DNA from: Phoronis australis
Lineage: Eukaryota > Animalia > Phoronida
Assembly (NCBI GenBank): GCA_002633005.1
Contig: NMRA01000001.1
Location: 4,385,191 to 4,449,190 of the forward strand
Length of the DNA stretch: 64,000 nucleotides
Reading direction: 5' to 3'
In this document: piece after piece, positions 62,301-64,000 of the stretch
Position numbering within the stretch: position 1 is the stretch's first letter
Layout of the letters: every line of letters starts with the position of its first letter
Notes under the pieces: model-generated
The model's database searches: none
Seen by the model: only the letters and a program-made list of their open reading frames with translations
What the model was told of the DNA's origin: nothing
Program-made: the position numbers and the translations under genes

Positions 62301-63667
62301 CTCGCTTGACAGGTTCTCTACTCAACTCGTCTTGGTCCCTTCTCAGAGAGACTTACATCACGAATGCGTCTACCCTCAGCCACCGTACTCTATGGAGAAA
62401 ATGGAGGTGAGTGTAAGACGGGGAGGGGAACACTTGACCCTCGTCGCACATGTTAATTTCAACTATTGTAATGATGCCATTCTATGCTACTGTATCACTT
62501 TTGCTTTTGCTTTTGAGCTTTAAAATGAATGGTAGATAAACACTGTAATCATGTTGCAATGACTGTCAAATGGAGAGTAGATGAACACTGTACTCATGTT
62601 ATTCTTGCTGACAATTGAGCGGGAGATGAACATGATAATTATGTTACTAGGACTGTCAAATGAGCAATAGATGAACACTGTAATCATGTTATTCTTGCTG
62701 ACAATTGAGCGAGAGATGAACATGATAATTATGTTACTAGGACTGTCAAATGAGCAGTAGATGAACATTGTAATTGTGTTATTCTGACACTCGAACAGAA
62801 GATGCTAACTATAATAATTTTACTTGTTGACTGACAAGTGAACAGTAGATGATCACTGCAATTGTATTACTCTGACTGTCAAATGACCAGCAGATGAACA
62901 TAAATATATTACTCATCCAGGTAATGTCGAGGATCATTGAATTGGTGATTCAGAAATAAAAATCATATATTGAGCATTCAGCTTGGTATGGTCATCTAAC
63001 AACAAAATCTTTTGGAACTAGGGACTGAGCATTTACTTGAATGGTGGACTTCTTTACACAAGTGCATTAATCATTTTTATGCACAACTTTGATATTAGAA
63101 TGTGCATGAGCCAAAAGAACCATTTGATGTCTCCTTCTATTGGGTATTTTTCTGCCCAAGTAGGGTATAAGGTGGAGCTGAAACTGAACATTTTGGGAGC
63201 TAAAATTCTTGTGAGACGGACGTTCACAAAGACACTGGCGAAAGGAAGTCTCATTTGCATAGATTGGGGTTTGGTGTAAAGCATGGTTGGTTAAAAGTGG
63301 ACATTCATTGTGAATACATTAAATCACCCATGGGTGTTAAGTGTGACGGAGTACGGTGGTAGATGAACAGTGTAATGTTAATCTGTTGAATAAATAATAA
63401 ATGAACAGTTTAATTTGGCACTTTGCTGTGGAGCACAGCTCTCTATGTACTGTTGCAGCCTGTGTTTGTAGAAAATTAACCATTCCCTTATCACCATATT
63501 TCACTTAAGTGAGATTTCAAGTCAAGTATTAAAATATGTTATTCAATGTTCTGTCTCTAGAGAGTACATCTGATGATGGATCCATGTGTCCTTGACATTG
63601 ATGGCGTGGTCTTTGGGCTGACATCAACGGACATCTTGTTTCAACTTGGCTGTGAGGAAATCAGCAA
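50226..63667 (+). CDS. POLA2: DNA polymerase alpha subunit B, exons 1-14 (478 codons; the gene continues beyond the window)
   Basis: Exons 50226-50310, 52087-52211, 52520-52608, 53903-53963, 54637-54746, 55758-55942, 57064-57152, 58418-58570, 59557-59662, 60615-60733, 60840-60878, 61169-61242, 62313-62406, 63561-63667, phases consistent. Motifs FSPSSFSP, KYTSRSNAG, GCDSEGKLNAKSVVLE, YSLFPGQVIAVDG, CGPYTTSD, ILMGPFVD, LVPSQRDLHHECVYPQPP and GLTSTDILFQLG are typical of POLA2. In-frame upstream ATGs at 50181 and 50208 make the start slightly uncertain. Confidence 0.95.
50650..50802 (+). mobile_element. tRNA-derived SINE fragment
   Basis: TAGCTGAATGG A box, GGTTCGATTCCC B box, A-rich tail. Confidence 0.6.
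51403..51479 (-). pseudogene. tRNA-like element (GGC in the anticodon position); probably a SINE head or pseudo-tRNA
   Basis: Minus strand: D arm GCTC/GAGC, anticodon arm CTAGA-CTGGCAG-TCTAG, GGTTCGATTCC T loop, imperfect acceptor and T stems, TTTTT just downstream. Confidence 0.6.
52087..52211 (+). CDS. POLA2: POLA2 exon 2
   Basis: LKELCAVHRC...SEWAAY...LDTLDKQ; donor GTAAGT. Confidence 0.93.
52520..52608 (+). CDS. POLA2: POLA2 exon 3
   Basis: MSNKKSGKSSKTPARKPTRTVYSADDILD; ends at the U12-type donor GTATCCT. Confidence 0.87.
52609..53902 (+). other. U12-type (minor spliceosome) GT-AG intron, POLA2 intron 3
   Basis: 5' site GTATCCTAAA; branch site TTCCTTGAC at 53887-53895, 7 nt before the intron end; splicing keeps the POLA2 frame. 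Confidence 0.85.
53715..53890. repeat. 33-bp minisatellite (about 5 units) abutting the U12 branch site
   Basis: CTTGCCTCCTGTTG...GGTACATGATG units. Confidence 0.85.
53903..53963 (+). CDS. POLA2: POLA2 exon 4
   Basis: MSPEAEDELVDAYCTPKHAQ, similar to recalled human EEILLNSYTTPSK. Confidence 0.88.
54637..54746 (+). CDS. POLA2: POLA2 exon 5
   Basis: KGQKRQITPE...PFSPSSFSPA, linker rich in S/T-P sites. Confidence 0.92.
54878..55367. mobile_element. MITE with a TTAA TSD (Kolobok-like)
   Basis: TTAA at 54874-54877 and 55368-55371; TIR AGGG..ATGTTA...TTTTGAAGG...TTTGGTCAAT matches at both ends. Confidence 0.75.
55575..55621. repeat. Perfect 47-bp palindrome
   Basis: GATTTACTGCTCTGTGAGCACTT-C-AAGTGCTCACAGAGCAGTAAATC. 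Confidence 0.95.
55758..55942 (+). CDS. POLA2: POLA2 exon 6
   Basis: TTPSKYTSRSNAGDV...KYMYEKITDKIQ. Confidence 0.94.
56470..56790. repeat. Degenerate minisatellite, about 32-bp unit
   Basis: Repeated TGTCTCTGAGAC...TATGTCACAG.TCC. Confidence 0.8.
57064..57152 (+). CDS. POLA2: POLA2 exon 7
   Basis: VLDGLIEDMANCLREHHHLE...PMQ. Confidence 0.93.
58418..58570 (+). CDS. POLA2: POLA2 exon 8
   Basis: EEASVVCRVGCDSEGKLNAKSVVLE...YSLFPGQ. Confidence 0.95.
58561..58805 (+). repeat. 50-bp minisatellite starting at the POLA2 exon 8 donor
   Basis: Five units of CCCTG.TCAGGTAT.TT.GT..GCCA...GTGATAGACATGTAC. Confidence 0.9.
59557..59662 (+). CDS. POLA2: POLA2 exon 9
   Basis: VIAVDGLNTSGQKFVAKKI... Confidence 0.94.
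60615..60733 (+). CDS. POLA2: POLA2 exon 10
   Basis: VLISCGPYTTSDSLVYEPLEDL...PNVCIL. Confidence 0.95.
60840..60878 (+). CDS. POLA2: POLA2 exon 11 (39 nt)
   Basis: MGPFVDAANENFE; phase 0-0. Confidence 0.93.
61169..61242 (+). CDS. POLA2: POLA2 exon 12
   Basis: NGYIEETFEDIFKSLV... Confidence 0.92.
61780..61876. repeat. Short tandem repeat, 3 units of 33-34 bp
   Basis: TTTCACTGTACAG.CATAGC repeated. Confidence 0.8.
62313..62406 (+). CDS. POLA2: POLA2 exon 13
   Basis: TQLVLVPSQRDLHHECVYPQPPY. Confidence 0.95.
62525..62905. repeat. 45-bp minisatellite with 90-bp higher-order duplication
   Basis: GATGAACA occurs every 45 nt; alternate units are nearly identical (62580-62669 vs 62670-62759). 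Confidence 0.85.
63561..63667 (+). CDS. POLA2: POLA2 exon 14
   Basis: VHLMMDPCVLDIDGVVFGLTSTDILFQLGCEEIS; donor GTAAGT. Confidence 0.95.
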
Positions 63668-63754
63668 GTAAGTATTGTGTTGGCTTTTTGGTTAGTTTTT
63701 GTGAATATAACTATTGAAATATTGCAGTGGTGAGATGATTGACAAAAGGCATCA

Positions 63755-64000
63755 CTTTCATCTGTGATTTTGCCTTGTTCATTTGTGATTTTGCCATGTT
63801 CATCAGCAATGTTGCTATGTTCATCTGCCGTGTTGCTTTGTTCATCTGCCATGTTGCTTTGTTCATCTGCCATGTTGCCTTGTTCATCTGCCATATTTCC
63901 TTGTTCATTTGCCATGTTGACTTGTTTATCTGCCATGTTGCTTTGTTCATCTGCCATGTTGCTTTGTTCATCTGCCATGTTGCCTTGTTCATCTGCCATG
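63755..64000. repeat. 21-bp minisatellite running to the window end
   Basis: TTCATCTGCCATGTTGC(C/T)TTG units in POLA2 intron 14. Confidence 0.92.

Noticed and set aside
63661-63999. ORFs of MADEQGN / MNKATWQ heptad repeats on -
   Set aside because: Translation of a 21-bp intronic minisatellite; open in more than one frame and without gene context.

Overview
Eukaryotic, AT-rich, intron- and transposon-rich invertebrate animal DNA (the organism cannot be identified from the sequence), with two assembly gaps (12580-12811, 18505-19074). Three protein-coding genes were reconstructed by hand from GT-AG splice sites and intron phase; many exons are missing from the ORF track. (1) A complete 24-exon nidogen/entactin gene on + (1952-39732, 1257 aa: signal peptide, NIDO, EGF, G2, 10 EGF repeats with no thyroglobulin module, YWTD propeller, EGF). 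(2) A complete 8-exon RTRAF (C14orf166/CGI-99) gene on - (50066-42702, 244 aa), tail-to-tail with nidogen as in the human RTRAF-NID2 pair. (3) The first 14 exons of POLA2 (DNA polymerase alpha B subunit) on + from 50226, head-to-head with RTRAF across 159 bp, with a U12-type intron 3. Introns hold MITEs with several target-site types, an L1/Tx1 RT fragment, tRNA-derived SINEs, palindromes and minisatellites. The main candidates for a second look are the conserved nidogen-RTRAF linkage with back-to-back poly(A) signals, a possible second divergent promoter with micro-exons inside RTRAF intron 1, the minor intron, and minisatellites that appear to have grown from POLA2 splice signals.
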